Below are positions 20,637 to 30,801 of a DNA stretch of 64,000 nucleotides, piece by piece; position 1 is the stretch's first letter; the number at the start of each line of letters is the position of its first letter. The stretch is from Pseudomonadota bacterium (lineage in GTDB: Bacteria > Pseudomonadota > Alphaproteobacteria > Sphingomonadales > Sphingomonadaceae), in the NCBI GenBank assembly GCA_023424095.1, contig JAFAEG010000030.1, positions 6,674-70,673 of the forward strand, given 5' to 3'. The position numbers were made by a program, and so were the translations under genes. The notes under the pieces are model-generated. The model was given only the letters and a program-made list of their open reading frames with translations, was not told where the DNA came from and did no database searches.

Positions 20637-22505
20637 ATGCTCAATCTTCGGGACATCACAGTCCGCCTCGGCGGGCGCGTCATCCTTGACGATGCGACCG
20701 CTTCCCTCCCCCCGCGCGGCCGCATCGGTCTGATCGGCCGCAATGGCGCCGGCAAGTCGACTCTGGTGCGCGTCATCGCCGGGCTGCTCGATCCCGACAC
20801 CGGCAGCGCCGAAATGCCCCGCGCGGCGAAGCTCGGCTATATCGCCCAGGAAGCCCCCGGCGGCAGCGCCACACCGTTCGAGACCGTGCTGGCCGCCGAT
20901 ACCGAGCGTGCGGCCCTCCTCGATGAAGCCGAACACAGCCACGATCCTGATCGCCTCGGCGAGATCCACGAGCGGCTGAACGCGATCGACGCCCATTCGG
21001 CCCCTGCCCGCGCCGCCCGCATCCTGGTGGGCCTCGGCTTCGACGAGGCAGCCCAGCATCGCGAACTGGAAAGCTTCTCCGGTGGCTGGCGGATGCGCGT
21101 GGCGCTCGCCTCCCTGCTCTTCTCGCAGCCGGACCTGCTGCTGCTCGACGAGCCGTCCAACCACCTCGATCTCGAAGCCGTGCTGTGGCTGGAGGATTTC
21201 CTGCAATCCTACCCCGCCACCATCGTCATCGTCAGCCACGAGCGCGACTTCCTCAACAATGTCGTCGACCACATCCTCCACCTCGATCGCGGCAAGCTGA
21301 CCCTCTACCCCGGCGGCTATGACGCCTTCGAGCGCCAGCGTGCCGAGCGCCAGGCCCAGCAGGCCGCGGCGCGCGAAAAGCAACTCGCCGAGCGCGCCAA
21401 GCTGCAGGATTATGTCGCCCGCAACAGCGCCCGCGCCTCTACCGCCAAGCAGGCCCAGTCGCGCGCCAAGGCACTGGCCAAGATGCAGCCCATCGCCGCG
21501 GTGGTGGACGATCCCAGCCTGTCCTTCGATTTCCCGAACCCGGACGAGCTTCGCCCGCCGTTGATCACCCTCGACATGGCCAGTGTCGGCTATGGCGACA
21601 CGCCGGTCCTCAGCCGCCTGAACCTGCGTCTCGATCCCGACGACCGGATCGCGCTCCTCGGCCGCAACGGCAACGGCAAGACCACACTCGCCCGCCTCCT
21701 GGCTGCCCAGCTGAAGCCGATGGACGGCGGCATGACGTCATCCGGCAAGATGCGCGTCGGCTATTTCACCCAATATCAGGTCGAGGAACTGAGCAGCGAC
21801 GACACGCCGCTCGAGCATATGACCCGGCTGATGAAGGGCGAAAAGCCGTCCGCGGTGCGCGGCCAGCTCGGCCGCTTCGGCTTCTCCGGCGACAAGGCGA
21901 CGACCAAGGTCGGCAAGCTCTCCGGCGGCGAGCGCGCCCGCCTGGCGCTGGCTCTGATCACCCGCGACGCGCCGCACATGCTAATCCTCGACGAGCCGAC
22001 CAACCACCTGGACGTCGATGCCCGCGAGGCCCTGATCCAGGCCCTGAACGCTTATTCGGGCGCCGTCCTGATCGTCAGCCACGACCGCCACATGCTGGAA
22101 ATGACCGCCGATCGGCTGGTGCTCGTCCACGACGGCACGGCGCAGGATTATGACGGCAGCATCGACGATTACATCGCCTTCGTCCTCGCCGGCGAAGCGA
22201 AGGAATCGTCCAAGGCCGCCCCGACCGTCAACAAGAAGGAAGCCCGCCGCCTCGCCGCCGAAGCGCGCGAGAAAGGCGCGGCTCTGCGCAAGCAGGCCAA
22301 GCAGTCCGAGGCGGAGCTGACTCGCCTGACCGATCTGCGCAGCGCGATCGAGCGGGCGATGTTCGACCCCTCCTCCGCCGACGCCTCGCTTGCCGGCCTG
22401 ACCATGACCGACCTGATGAAACGCCGCGCCGATACCGAGAGGAAGATCGAAGCGGCCGAAGGCGCCTGGCTGGAAGCGAGCGAGGCGCTGGAGACGATCG
22501 CCTAG
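20637..22505 (+). CDS. ABC-F family ATPase with C-terminal coiled-coil tail
   Basis: Two cassettes (GRNGAGKST / GRNGNGKTT, FSGGWRMR / LSGGERAR, LLLDEPSNHLD / LILDEPTNHLD) and no TM domain. The tail is Lys/Arg/Ala/Glu-rich. Confidence 0.9.
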   Translation: MLNLRDITVRLGGRVILDDATASLPPRGRIGLIGRNGAGKSTLVRVIAGLLDPDTGSAEMPRAAKLGYIAQEAPGGSATPFETVLAADTERAALLDEAEHSHDPDRLGEIHERLNAIDAHSAPARAARILVGLGFDEAAQHRELESFSGGWRMRVALASLLFSQPDLLLLDEPSNHLDLEAVLWLEDFLQSYPATIVIVSHERDFLNNVVDHILHLDRGKLTLYPGGYDAFERQRAERQAQQAAAREKQLAERAKLQDYVARNSARASTAKQAQSRAKALAKMQPIAAVVDDPSLSFDFPNPDELRPPLITLDMASVGYGDTPVLSRLNLRLDPDDRIALLGRNGNGKTTLARLLAAQLKPMDGGMTSSGKMRVGYFTQYQVEELSSDDTPLEHMTRLMKGEKPSAVRGQLGRFGFSGDKATTKVGKLSGGERARLALALITRDAPHMLILDEPTNHLDVDAREALIQALNAYSGAVLIVSHDRHMLEMTADRLVLVHDGTAQDYDGSIDDYIAFVLAGEAKESSKAAPTVNKKEARRLAAEAREKGAALRKQAKQSEAELTRLTDLRSAIERAMFDPSSADASLAGLTMTDLMKRRADTERKIEAAEGAWLEASEALETIA

Positions 22506-23722
22506 CGCCGGGCCTGGAACCGTTCCCATTCGGCCGGCCCCATCCGCACGGTCAGCCGGGTCTGCATCTCTTCGCTCTCCTGGCTCACCACTTCGCCATG
22601 CTGGTGCAGCCAGGCGATCGCCTCGCCGTCGCCGGCGCCGAGCACCACCTCGTGCAGCTGCGCGCCCTTGCTGAGATGTTCGGCCGTACAGGCGAGCAGG
22701 TCTTCAATCCCTTCCCCGCTGATTGCCGACAGGACGACGACATCCTCCCGCCGCGCCGCCTCAGCGCGCAGGCTCGCCGCGCCTTCGGCGTCGAGCCGGT
22801 CGATCTTGTTCCACGCCTCGATCACCGGCGCGCCCTCACCGATGCCAAGCTCTTTCAGCACCTGTTCGACATCCTGGCGCTGCGCGTGGCTGTCGGGATG
22901 CGAGATGTCGCGGACATGGATGATCAGGTCGGCGGCCAGCACCTCCTCAAGCGTCGCTCGGAAGGCCGCGACCAGCTGCGTCGGCAGGTCCGAGATGAAG
23001 CCGACCGTGTCGCTGAGGATCGCCTTTGCCACGCCCGGCATCGAGATTTCGCGCAAGGTCGGGTCGAGCGTCGCGAACAGCAGATCCTCCGCCATCACCT
23101 CCGCCCGGGTCAGCCGGTTGAACAGGGTCGACTTGCCGGCATTGGTATAGCCGACCAGCGCCACCACCGGCCACGGCGCCTTCTGCCGCCGCGCCCGATG
23201 CAAGCCGCGCGTGCGGGTCACCTGCTCCAACTCGCGCTTCAGCTTCGCCATCCGGTCGCGGATCAGCCGCCGGTCCGCCTCGATCTGGGTTTCGCCCGGA
23301 CCGCCGAGGAAGCCGAAGCCGCCGCGCTGCCGCTCGAGGTGGGTCCACGACCGCACCAGCCGCCCGGCCTGATAGTCCAGATGCGCCAGCTCGACCTGCA
23401 GGCGGCCTTCCGCCGTGGCGGCGCGCTCACCGAAAATCTCCAGGATCAGCCCGGTGCGGTCGATCACCTTGGCCTTTGTCTCGGTCTCGAGATTCTTCTG
23501 CTGGATCGGCGTGATCGACGCATCGACGATCAGCAATTCCGCCTCGGCCATGCGCACCGCCTCGGCGATGCCCTCGACCTGGCCCTTGCCGAACAAGGTC
23601 GCCGGGCGCGGCGCGCGGACGCGGAAATGCACCCGGTCCTGCACGTCGATGCCGATCGCCTCGGCCAGACCCGCCGCTTCTTCCAGCCGCGCCTCGACAT
23701 CGCGCCGGGCGCCGCTCCCCAT
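22502..23722 (-). CDS. hflX: GTPase HflX
   Basis: Contains GYTNAGKSTLFNRLT (G1), DTVGFI (G3) and WNKID (G4). The frame stays open upstream to the hfq stop, so the true start may be a non-ATG codon further 5'. Confidence 0.9.
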   Translation of the reverse strand: MGSGARRDVEARLEEAAGLAEAIGIDVQDRVHFRVRAPRPATLFGKGQVEGIAEAVRMAEAELLIVDASITPIQQKNLETETKAKVIDRTGLILEIFGERAATAEGRLQVELAHLDYQAGRLVRSWTHLERQRGGFGFLGGPGETQIEADRRLIRDRMAKLKRELEQVTRTRGLHRARRQKAPWPVVALVGYTNAGKSTLFNRLTRAEVMAEDLLFATLDPTLREISMPGVAKAILSDTVGFISDLPTQLVAAFRATLEEVLAADLIIHVRDISHPDSHAQRQDVEQVLKELGIGEGAPVIEAWNKIDRLDAEGAASLRAEAARREDVVVLSAISGEGIEDLLACTAEHLSKGAQLHEVVLGAGDGEAIAWLHQHGEVVSQESEEMQTRLTVRMGPAEWERFQARR

Positions 23723-23794
23723 CTCCGGGAGCGCGATGACGGCGCGGGCGCCGCGGGCAACGTCCGCATCGTCGCGGTTGAAAACGCTCAGACG

Positions 23795-24280
23795 TCAGTC
23801 CTCCGTCGGTTCGTGGAGGCTGACCGGATGCTCGGGCTGCACGGTGGAGATGGCGTGTTTGTAGACCAGCTGGCTCATCCCATCGCGCTTCAGCAGCATG
23901 CAGAACAGGTCGAAGGCCGCGATCTCGCCCTGCAGCATGACGCCGTTCACCAGGAACATCGTCACCGGCTCACCCGAGCGCCGCACCGCGGTCAGGAACA
24001 CTTCCTGCAACAGGCTCGGTTTCTTCTTCTCCAGCGCCTCGTCGAACGCGGCCTCGATCTCGGAAAGGTCGAGCGGCTGCGCCGGCATCACGGTGGAGAT
24101 GGCGTGCTTGTAGATCAGCTGCGCCTGGCCATCGCGGCGCAGCAGCACGGAGAAATTGTCAAACCAGGTGATGATGCCCTGCAGCTTCACCCCCTTGACG
24201 AGAAACATCGTCACCGGCGTCTTGCTGCGCCGGAGCGAATTCAGAAACATGTCCTGAAGATTGTTGACCTTATCGGCCAT
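23795..24280 (-). CDS. hfq: RNA chaperone Hfq, tandem two-Sm-domain form
   Basis: Start [14 protein letters not shown] at 24280. There are two Sm-like modules, each ending in YKHAISTV (..[12 protein letters not shown] and ..[12 protein letters not shown]), 83 codons apart. Confidence 0.9.
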   Translation of the reverse strand: MADKVNNLQDMFLNSLRRSKTPVTMFLVKGVKLQGIITWFDNFSVLLRRDGQAQLIYKHAISTVMPAQPLDLSEIEAAFDEALEKKKPSLLQEVFLTAVRRSGEPVTMFLVNGVMLQGEIAAFDLFCMLLKRDGMSQLVYKHAISTVQPEHPVSLHEPTED

Positions 24281-24373
24281 GGTACGCGCTCCCTGATCGG
24301 TTCTTGTTCTGTGGCGGGGCGACGCCGTTCCCTTAGCTAGCGCACAGGACGGCGCATTCAATGGCGCCGGGGC

Positions 24374-25771
24374 CTATTCTTCGCTGTCCGAGCGAGAATC
24401 GCCCAGTCCGAGCGCCTTCAGCTTCCGGTGGAGCGCGGACCGCTCCATCCCGATGAAGGTCGCGGTGCGCGAGATATTGCCGGAAAAGCGCCGGATCTGG
24501 ACGCGCAGATATTCCCGCTCGAACGTCTCGCGGGCCTCGCGCAGCGGCGTGCCCATGATCGCCTTCACCGCCTCGCCGGGGTTCAATTGCGCCTGCTCGT
24601 TGAGGATTTCCGGCGGCAGCATGTCGATGTCGATGCTGCCGATCCGCTCGCCCGGGGCGAGGATGATCGTCCGCTCGATCACGTTGCGCAACTGCCGCAC
24701 GTTGCCGGGCCAGTCATAGGCCTGCAGCGCCGCCAGCGCGTCGGCGGAGATGCCCGGCGTCGGCACGCGCCGCTCGGCCGCGTAGCGCGCCGCGAAGCGG
24801 GTGACGAGCTCGGGAATATCCTCCCGCCGCTCGGACAGGGCCGGCAGGTGCACCGGCACCACGTTCAGCCGGTAATAGAGGTCCTCGCGGAAGCGGCCGT
24901 GCGTGATCTCCTCCTGCAGATCGCGCGCGGTGGACGAGACCACCCGCATGTCGACCTTGACCATCCTTTGCCCACCCACTCGGGTGAAGCTCTGGTCGGT
25001 CAGCACCCGCAGGATCTTGCCCTGGGTGGAGGGCGGCATGTCCGCCACTTCGTCGATGAACAGAGTGCCGCCATGCGCTTGCTCGAGCAGGCCCGGGCGG
25101 ACGAGTTCGCCCCCCTCCTCCACGCCGAACAATTCCTCTTCGACCCGTTCCGGCGTCATCCGCGCCGCGCCGACAACGATGAACGGTCCGCGATCGCGCG
25201 TGCTCCAGCCGTGCAGCAGCCGCGCCGCCACTTCCTTGCCGACGCCGGCAGGCCCGGAAATCAGCACCCGGCTGCCGGTCGCGGCAACCCGCTTCAGCGT
25301 CGCCCGGACGGTATTGATGCCGCTGGAAAGCCCGGTCAGCTCGGTTTCCTGACCGATCTGGGCGCGCAGGCTCTCATTCTCGCGCCGCAGCCGCTCAGTC
25401 TCCGTCGCGCGCTGGACCTGATGGATCAGATGCCCCGCCTCGAACGGCTTTTCGATAAAGTCCGCAGCGCCCTGCCGGATCGCCGCCACCGCCGTGTCGA
25501 GATTGCCGTGGCCGGAAATCATCAGCACCGGCAAGGTCGGGTCGCGGCGCTTGATTTCCTCCAGCAGCTGCAGCCCGTCCAGCTTCGAGCCCTGCAGCCA
25601 CACGTCGAGCAGCACCAGCGACGGCCGGCGCTCATCCAGTGCGGCAAGCGCCTGGCTGCTGCCGGCGGCGGTCCGGGCGCTGAACCCCTCGTCCTCCAGC
25701 ACGCCGGAAACGAGATCCCTGATGTCCTGCTCATCGTCGACGACGAGGATGTCGAGCGCCATAAAATTCAA
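24374..25771 (-). CDS. ntrX: Response regulator NtrX (receiver + AAA+ + HTH)
   Basis: ILVVDDEQDIRDL receiver, ISGPAGVGKEVAARLLH Walker A, and a C-terminal Fis-type HTH. It sits immediately downstream of ntrY. Confidence 0.9.
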   Translation of the reverse strand: MNFMALDILVVDDEQDIRDLVSGVLEDEGFSARTAAGSSQALAALDERRPSLVLLDVWLQGSKLDGLQLLEEIKRRDPTLPVLMISGHGNLDTAVAAIRQGAADFIEKPFEAGHLIHQVQRATETERLRRENESLRAQIGQETELTGLSSGINTVRATLKRVAATGSRVLISGPAGVGKEVAARLLHGWSTRDRGPFIVVGAARMTPERVEEELFGVEEGGELVRPGLLEQAHGGTLFIDEVADMPPSTQGKILRVLTDQSFTRVGGQRMVKVDMRVVSSTARDLQEEITHGRFREDLYYRLNVVPVHLPALSERREDIPELVTRFAARYAAERRVPTPGISADALAALQAYDWPGNVRQLRNVIERTIILAPGERIGSIDIDMLPPEILNEQAQLNPGEAVKAIMGTPLREARETFEREYLRVQIRRFSGNISRTATFIGMERSALHRKLKALGLGDSRSDSEE

Positions 25772-28092
25772 CTTTTCTCTTTGCTAAGGTCATCAACGCG
25801 CGGCTTGTCCACGCGGTTCTCATCGGCGCCACGGATGGGCTCGCCGGAGTTCAGCCGGGCGAGCGCGGCCAGGTCGAAGGTCAGGCGAACCCGGGTGCCG
25901 CCGCCGTCGGCATCCTCGAACATCACATGTCCGCAATGGTCTTCGACAATCTTCTTGACGATCGCGAGGCCCAGGCCCGTGCCCTTCGCCCGCGTCGTCA
26001 TATAAGGCTCGGTCAGCCGCTTGCGCTCGGTCGGCAGGCCGATGCCGGTGTCGCTGACGACGATCGCCAGCTCGTCCCGCTCGACCGCGATCCCCATCGC
26101 GACGCGGTCCTGGCTCGTGCCCTCCGCGTCCTCGCGGCGCTGCTCGATCGCCTCGACCGCATTCTTGACGATGTTGGTCAGCGCCTGCCCGATCAGCCGC
26201 CGGTCGCACAACATGGTCGGTGCCGGCTCCGGCAGATCGAGCGTGAACTTGATGTCGGGGTGCGCGACCTCGTGCAGGAACAGAGCCTGCCGTGCGATCT
26301 CGCCGATCGCCTCCTCGCGGAACACCGGCTTGGGCATTTGCGCGAAGGACGAGAATTCATCGACCATTCGCCGCAGGTCGCCGACCTGCCGGACGATCGT
26401 CCCGGTCAGTTTCTCGAACGTCGCCGGATCGCTCTCGATCTCCTTGCCATAGCGGCGCTGCAGCCGTTCGGCGGCGAGCTGGATCGGGGTGAGCGGGTTC
26501 TTGATCTCGTGCGCGATCCGCCGCGCGACGTCCGACCAGGCCGCCCGGCGCTGGTCGACCAATTGCTCGGTAATGTCGTCGAAGGTCAGGATATAGCCGG
26601 CATCGGTCTTCACCCGCTTGACCGCGAGCGTGTGGACCTCGCCGTCGCGGTTGATCTGGACGACGTCCTCGCCCTCCTCGACATCGAGATGCTGTTCCAG
26701 CTCCGGCGCAAGCTCGGCGAGCGGCTGACCGATCACGGCGCGCTCGTTGGTGCGCAGCAGGTCCTCGGCGGACGGATTGATCAACTGTACCCGCCGCTCC
26801 AGGTCGACCGAGACGATGCCGGCAGTGACCCCCGACACCACCGCCTCGATGAAAGCGCGGCGATTCTCGACCTGGGTGTTGGCCGCGACGAGTGCGCCGG
26901 TCTGCTCCTCGACGCGGGTCGTCATCCGATTGAAGGCCTGGCCCAGCGTGCCGAGCTCGTCCCGCGCCCGCGCCCCGGGCACACGGGCCGTCATGTCGCC
27001 CTCTGTCACGCGCCGCGCCGCTGCCACGAGCAGGCCGACCGGCCGCACCATTCGATCGGCCAATTGCAGCGCGATCCAGATCGCCACGGCCACGATCATC
27101 AGCGAGACGATGAAGAGTGCGGCGTTGAACTGGAACTGATACTGGCGCGAGCGATCGAGGACGGACTGGTATTCGGACGCCAGGCCTTCCGCCGACCGTG
27201 CCATGCTCGAGAGCTGCGTAGAGTCCCGCGCGCCATAAACGTAGAGCCGGACGGATGGATCATCCGTGTCGAGCCGGACAATGCTCTCAATCCGATCCTC
27301 AAGGTCGAATTTGACCTTCACTTGGCCAGGCGCAAGAGCGAGCAGCTCGTCCGCCCGGAAGCGACTTTCCAGCGGCCGATCATAGAGGTTCACGGCCCCC
27401 TGCACCTGGATGTCGCCATTCTGACTGACGGTCAGAATGGCCATTTCGTTCAGTTTCCGAAGTGCCGTCTGATAGACCATGTCGTTGTAAAAGCTGGCGT
27501 CGTCAAAGCTTCGCGTGTCTGCCGACACATCCTGCGCCATTGCGAGCAACTCCTCCTGCACCTGGGTGAGTTGCTCCTGGCGATATTGATCGACGAGGCT
27601 TCTCGCATTGGTGAAAACACCGCTCGCTTGATCGGAGAACCAGAAGTTGATCCCGCTTTGCAGCAGCAAGGAGGCGAAGATCACCACCAAGAGGGTCGGG
27701 ATACTCGCGATTAGCGAGAAGATCGCCACAAGTCGGACATGAAGCCGGCCTCTGCTCCCGATCTGCGTCCTCGCCGCGCGTCGGATCGCAAATCGCCTGG
27801 CGAGCAGGACCAGCATTGCCATCGCCGGGATGAGATTCGCGACAAGCAGTCCTGCAACGAGCGGCGGGCTGAGAAGTCCGTCGTCCTCCCCACGTGACGT
27901 CACGATAAAATAGGTCGCGGTTGCGACCCCAATCATCAGCAGGATCGTGGCCAGTTCCACGAGCGGCATCAGGCGGCCACGCTCACTGGCGACGGTCAAG
28001 CGGCGCAGCCAGCGCGGGCGCTTGCGGCGCGGCTCCACGGCCGCGGCCGCGCCCTCGCCATTGGTCTGAATCATGCCCGCTGCCGCATCCAC
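25768..28092 (-). CDS. ntrY: Sensor histidine kinase NtrY
   Basis: N-terminal TM/periplasmic region, HAMP and PAS domains, the H-box HEIKNPLTPIQL, and an ATPase domain (GTGLGLAIVKKIVEDH). It overlaps ntrX by 4 nt. The start is GTG at 28092 or ATG at 28074. Confidence 0.88.
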   Translation of the reverse strand: MDAAAGMIQTNGEGAAAAVEPRRKRPRWLRRLTVASERGRLMPLVELATILLMIGVATATYFIVTSRGEDDGLLSPPLVAGLLVANLIPAMAMLVLLARRFAIRRAARTQIGSRGRLHVRLVAIFSLIASIPTLLVVIFASLLLQSGINFWFSDQASGVFTNARSLVDQYRQEQLTQVQEELLAMAQDVSADTRSFDDASFYNDMVYQTALRKLNEMAILTVSQNGDIQVQGAVNLYDRPLESRFRADELLALAPGQVKVKFDLEDRIESIVRLDTDDPSVRLYVYGARDSTQLSSMARSAEGLASEYQSVLDRSRQYQFQFNAALFIVSLMIVAVAIWIALQLADRMVRPVGLLVAAARRVTEGDMTARVPGARARDELGTLGQAFNRMTTRVEEQTGALVAANTQVENRRAFIEAVVSGVTAGIVSVDLERRVQLINPSAEDLLRTNERAVIGQPLAELAPELEQHLDVEEGEDVVQINRDGEVHTLAVKRVKTDAGYILTFDDITEQLVDQRRAAWSDVARRIAHEIKNPLTPIQLAAERLQRRYGKEIESDPATFEKLTGTIVRQVGDLRRMVDEFSSFAQMPKPVFREEAIGEIARQALFLHEVAHPDIKFTLDLPEPAPTMLCDRRLIGQALTNIVKNAVEAIEQRREDAEGTSQDRVAMGIAVERDELAIVVSDTGIGLPTERKRLTEPYMTTRAKGTGLGLAIVKKIVEDHCGHVMFEDADGGGTRVRLTFDLAALARLNSGEPIRGADENRVDKPRVDDLSKEKS

Positions 28093-28179
28093 GCGGAGCG
28101 CCTAGCACAGGACTGTGGCCGAAAGAACACAGCTTTGGCCTTCGTTCGGCCCAATTTCAAAATTGGTCCCGGAAACGGG

Positions 28180-29217
28180 CTAGGCCGCCGCCTTTTCCAG
28201 CCAAGGATCGTAAAATTCCCGCAGCATTGACACGGCGCGCACCGGGTCGGCTTCCTTGTTGAAGGCGTTGCGGAACTCGGCCGAGCCATGGATGCCCTTG
28301 GTGTACCAGCCGATATGCTTGCGCGCGCAATTCGCGCCGATCACCGGGCCGTACAGCTCCTGCATCGCCTGATATTGCTCCAGGATCACATCGAGCTGCT
28401 CGCCCAGCGACGGATCCGGCAGCCGCTGTCCCGTCTTCAGCCAGTGCATCACCTGCTTGAGCAGCCACGGCCGGCCGTAAGCGCCGCGGCCGATCATGAC
28501 GCCATCCGCGCCCGATTGCTCCAGCGCCGCGTCGGCATCCTCTATCGAGCAGATATCGCCATTGACGATCACCGGCACCTTCACCGCATCCTTGACGGCG
28601 CGAACGAACCCCCAGTCGGCTTCGCCCTTGTACATCTGGTTGCGGGTGCGGCCGTGCACCGTGATCATCTGCGCGCCCAGATCCTCGGCGATATGGGCCA
28701 GTTCCGGGGCGTTCAGGCTGCCATGGTCCCAGCCCATGCGCATCTTCACGGTCACCGGCACCTTCACCGCCTTCACCGTCGCCTCGATCAAGGACGCGGC
28801 CAGCGGCAAATCGCGCATCAGCGCCGAACCCGCCTCGCCATTGACCACCTTCTTCACCGGGCAGCCCATATTGATGTCGATGATCGCCGCGCCGCGATCC
28901 TCATTGAGCTTCGCCGCCTCGCCCATCTCCTTGGGCGAGCAGCCGGCCAGCTGCATCGACACCGGATCCTCGCTCGGGCACCATGTCGCCTTCTGGATCG
29001 ACTGACGGGTCTCGCGGATCATCGCCTGGCTGGCGATCATCTCGCCCACCGTCAGCCCGCAACCATAACGCTTCACGATGCGGCGGAACGGCATGTCGGT
29101 GACGCCTGTCATCGGCGCCAGCACGACCGGCGTCTCGATCCGCACCGGACCGATCTGAATGGGTTTCACCTTTTCCATGGGCGGCCGCGACATAGTGGAA
29201 GCGCCCGATTTCGGCAA
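28180..29217 (-). CDS. dusB: tRNA dihydrouridine synthase DusB (NifR3 family)
   Basis: Contains [14 protein letters not shown] and [12 protein letters not shown]. The position upstream of the ntr genes is classic for nifR3. Confidence 0.9.
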   Translation of the reverse strand: MPKSGASTMSRPPMEKVKPIQIGPVRIETPVVLAPMTGVTDMPFRRIVKRYGCGLTVGEMIASQAMIRETRQSIQKATWCPSEDPVSMQLAGCSPKEMGEAAKLNEDRGAAIIDINMGCPVKKVVNGEAGSALMRDLPLAASLIEATVKAVKVPVTVKMRMGWDHGSLNAPELAHIAEDLGAQMITVHGRTRNQMYKGEADWGFVRAVKDAVKVPVIVNGDICSIEDADAALEQSGADGVMIGRGAYGRPWLLKQVMHWLKTGQRLPDPSLGEQLDVILEQYQAMQELYGPVIGANCARKHIGWYTKGIHGSAEFRNAFNKEADPVRAVSMLREFYDPWLEKAAA

Positions 29218-29220
29218 GGT

Positions 29221-30771
29221 TCAGCCCTGTGCCGGCATTTCCATGCGCGGGAAGATCGGCTGCGGCGGCGCCAGGCGGAAATCCTGCGCCTGTAGCCGGC
29301 CATAGAGACCATCATCGCCGATATGCCGCCATTCCCGCTCGTCCGCCGGCACGCCAAGCTGATCGAGCAGTCGCCCGGCCGCGCCCGGCACCACCGGCTG
29401 GATCGCGATGCCGAGCATGCGGATTGCCTGCACCAAAGTGGCCAGCACCGCCTCCATCCGCTCCGGATCGGTCTTGCGCAGCGCCCAGGGCGCCTCGGCG
29501 TCGATATATTGGTTGCAGGCGAACACCGCGCGGATCCACGCCTCGACGCCCTGGCTCAACGCCAAAGTCCCGAAATGATCGCGCATTTCCACGGTCAGCG
29601 CCTCGCGCACCGTCGCGAGCAGCGTCACGTCCGCCTCGCCTCGCGGCAGGCGGCCATCGAGATTCTTGACGATGAAGGAGAGCGTGCGCTGGGCGAGATT
29701 GCCGAAGCTGTTCGCCAGGTCGGCATTCACCCGCGTGACGATCGCTTCCGGCGAATAGCTGCCATCCTGCCCGAAGCTGACGTCGCGGATCAGGAAATAG
29801 CGGACCGCATCGACTCCGAACGCGTCGACAAGCTCCTGGGGCGACACGACATTGCCGAGCGACTTGGACATCTTCTCGCCGCGCAGCAGGACGTGGCCGT
29901 GGCCGAACACCTGTTTCGGCAGCGGCAATTCCGCCGACATCAGGAAGGCCGGCCAATAGACCGCGTGGAAGCGCACCACGTCCTTGCCGATGATGTGCAG
30001 GTCGGCCGGCCAGAACTTGTTGTAACGCTCTGATTCCGTATCGGGAAAGCCGACGCCAGTGAGATAGTTGGTGAGCGCGTCGAGCCACACGTACATGACG
30101 TGCTCCTCGCTCTCCGGCACCTTCACGCCCCAGTCGAAACTGGTCCGCGAGATGGAAAGATCGCTCAAGCCGCCCTCGACGAAGCGCAGCACCTCGTTGC
30201 GCCGGCTCTCGGGCCGAATGAAGTCCGGATTCGCCTCGTAATGGGCGAGCAAGCGATCCTGATAGGCGGACAGGCGGAAGAACCAGCTTTCCTCGACGGT
30301 CCACTCAACAGGCGTGCCCTGCGGCGAGAATTTCTCTCCGGTATCGGCGACGACCAGTTCGTCCTCGTCATAATAAGCTTCGTCGCGGACCGAATACCAA
30401 CCTTCGTAGCGGCCGAGATAGATGTCGCCCTTGGCCGCCATCCGCCGCCACAATTCGCGGCTCGCCTCGTGATGCGCCGGCTCGCTGGTGCGGATGAAGC
30501 GATCGAACGAGATGTTAAGCTGCGCGTCCATCTCCCTGAAGTAGGACGACATTTCATCAGCCAGCGCGCGCGGCTCAATGCCCCGCTCGCGCGCCGCCTG
30601 GGCCATCTTCAGGCCATGCTCGTCCGTGCCCGTCAGGAAGAAGACGTCGCGTCCCTGCAGGCGCTGATAACGCGCAATCGCGTCGGTGCAGATCGCCTCA
30701 TAGGCGTGGCCGACATGCGGCGGCCCGTTCGGGTAATTGATCGCGGTGGTGATGTAGAAAGGCTCGGCCAT
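29221..30771 (-). CDS. metG: Methionine--tRNA ligase (short form)
   Basis: Contains PNGPPHVGHAYE (HIGH motif) and KMSKSLGN (KMSKS motif). Confidence 0.95.
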   Translation of the reverse strand: MAEPFYITTAINYPNGPPHVGHAYEAICTDAIARYQRLQGRDVFFLTGTDEHGLKMAQAARERGIEPRALADEMSSYFREMDAQLNISFDRFIRTSEPAHHEASRELWRRMAAKGDIYLGRYEGWYSVRDEAYYDEDELVVADTGEKFSPQGTPVEWTVEESWFFRLSAYQDRLLAHYEANPDFIRPESRRNEVLRFVEGGLSDLSISRTSFDWGVKVPESEEHVMYVWLDALTNYLTGVGFPDTESERYNKFWPADLHIIGKDVVRFHAVYWPAFLMSAELPLPKQVFGHGHVLLRGEKMSKSLGNVVSPQELVDAFGVDAVRYFLIRDVSFGQDGSYSPEAIVTRVNADLANSFGNLAQRTLSFIVKNLDGRLPRGEADVTLLATVREALTVEMRDHFGTLALSQGVEAWIRAVFACNQYIDAEAPWALRKTDPERMEAVLATLVQAIRMLGIAIQPVVPGAAGRLLDQLGVPADEREWRHIGDDGLYGRLQAQDFRLAPPQPIFPRMEMPAQG

Positions 30772-30801
30772 GCCCGGTCTTTAGGGCGGGGCGGCAGCGG
30801 A

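Noticed and set aside
23722-23797. hfq and hflX lie in the same reading frame, separated by a single TGA, which raised a possible read-through fusion.
   Set aside because: Sharing a frame has a one-in-three chance expectation and no recoding signal is evident. More likely hflX simply starts at a non-ATG codon or at the ATG at 23722.
22598-24340. 580-aa plus-strand ORF.
   Set aside because: It is antisense to hflX and hfq, its composition is Arg/His/Gln/Asp-rich and nonsensical, and it has no motifs.
28151-28166. The inverted repeat CCAATTT-CA-AAATTGG between dusB and ntrY.
   Set aside because: It is short and AT-rich, and could be an operator or a weak hairpin. The sequence alone cannot distinguish these.
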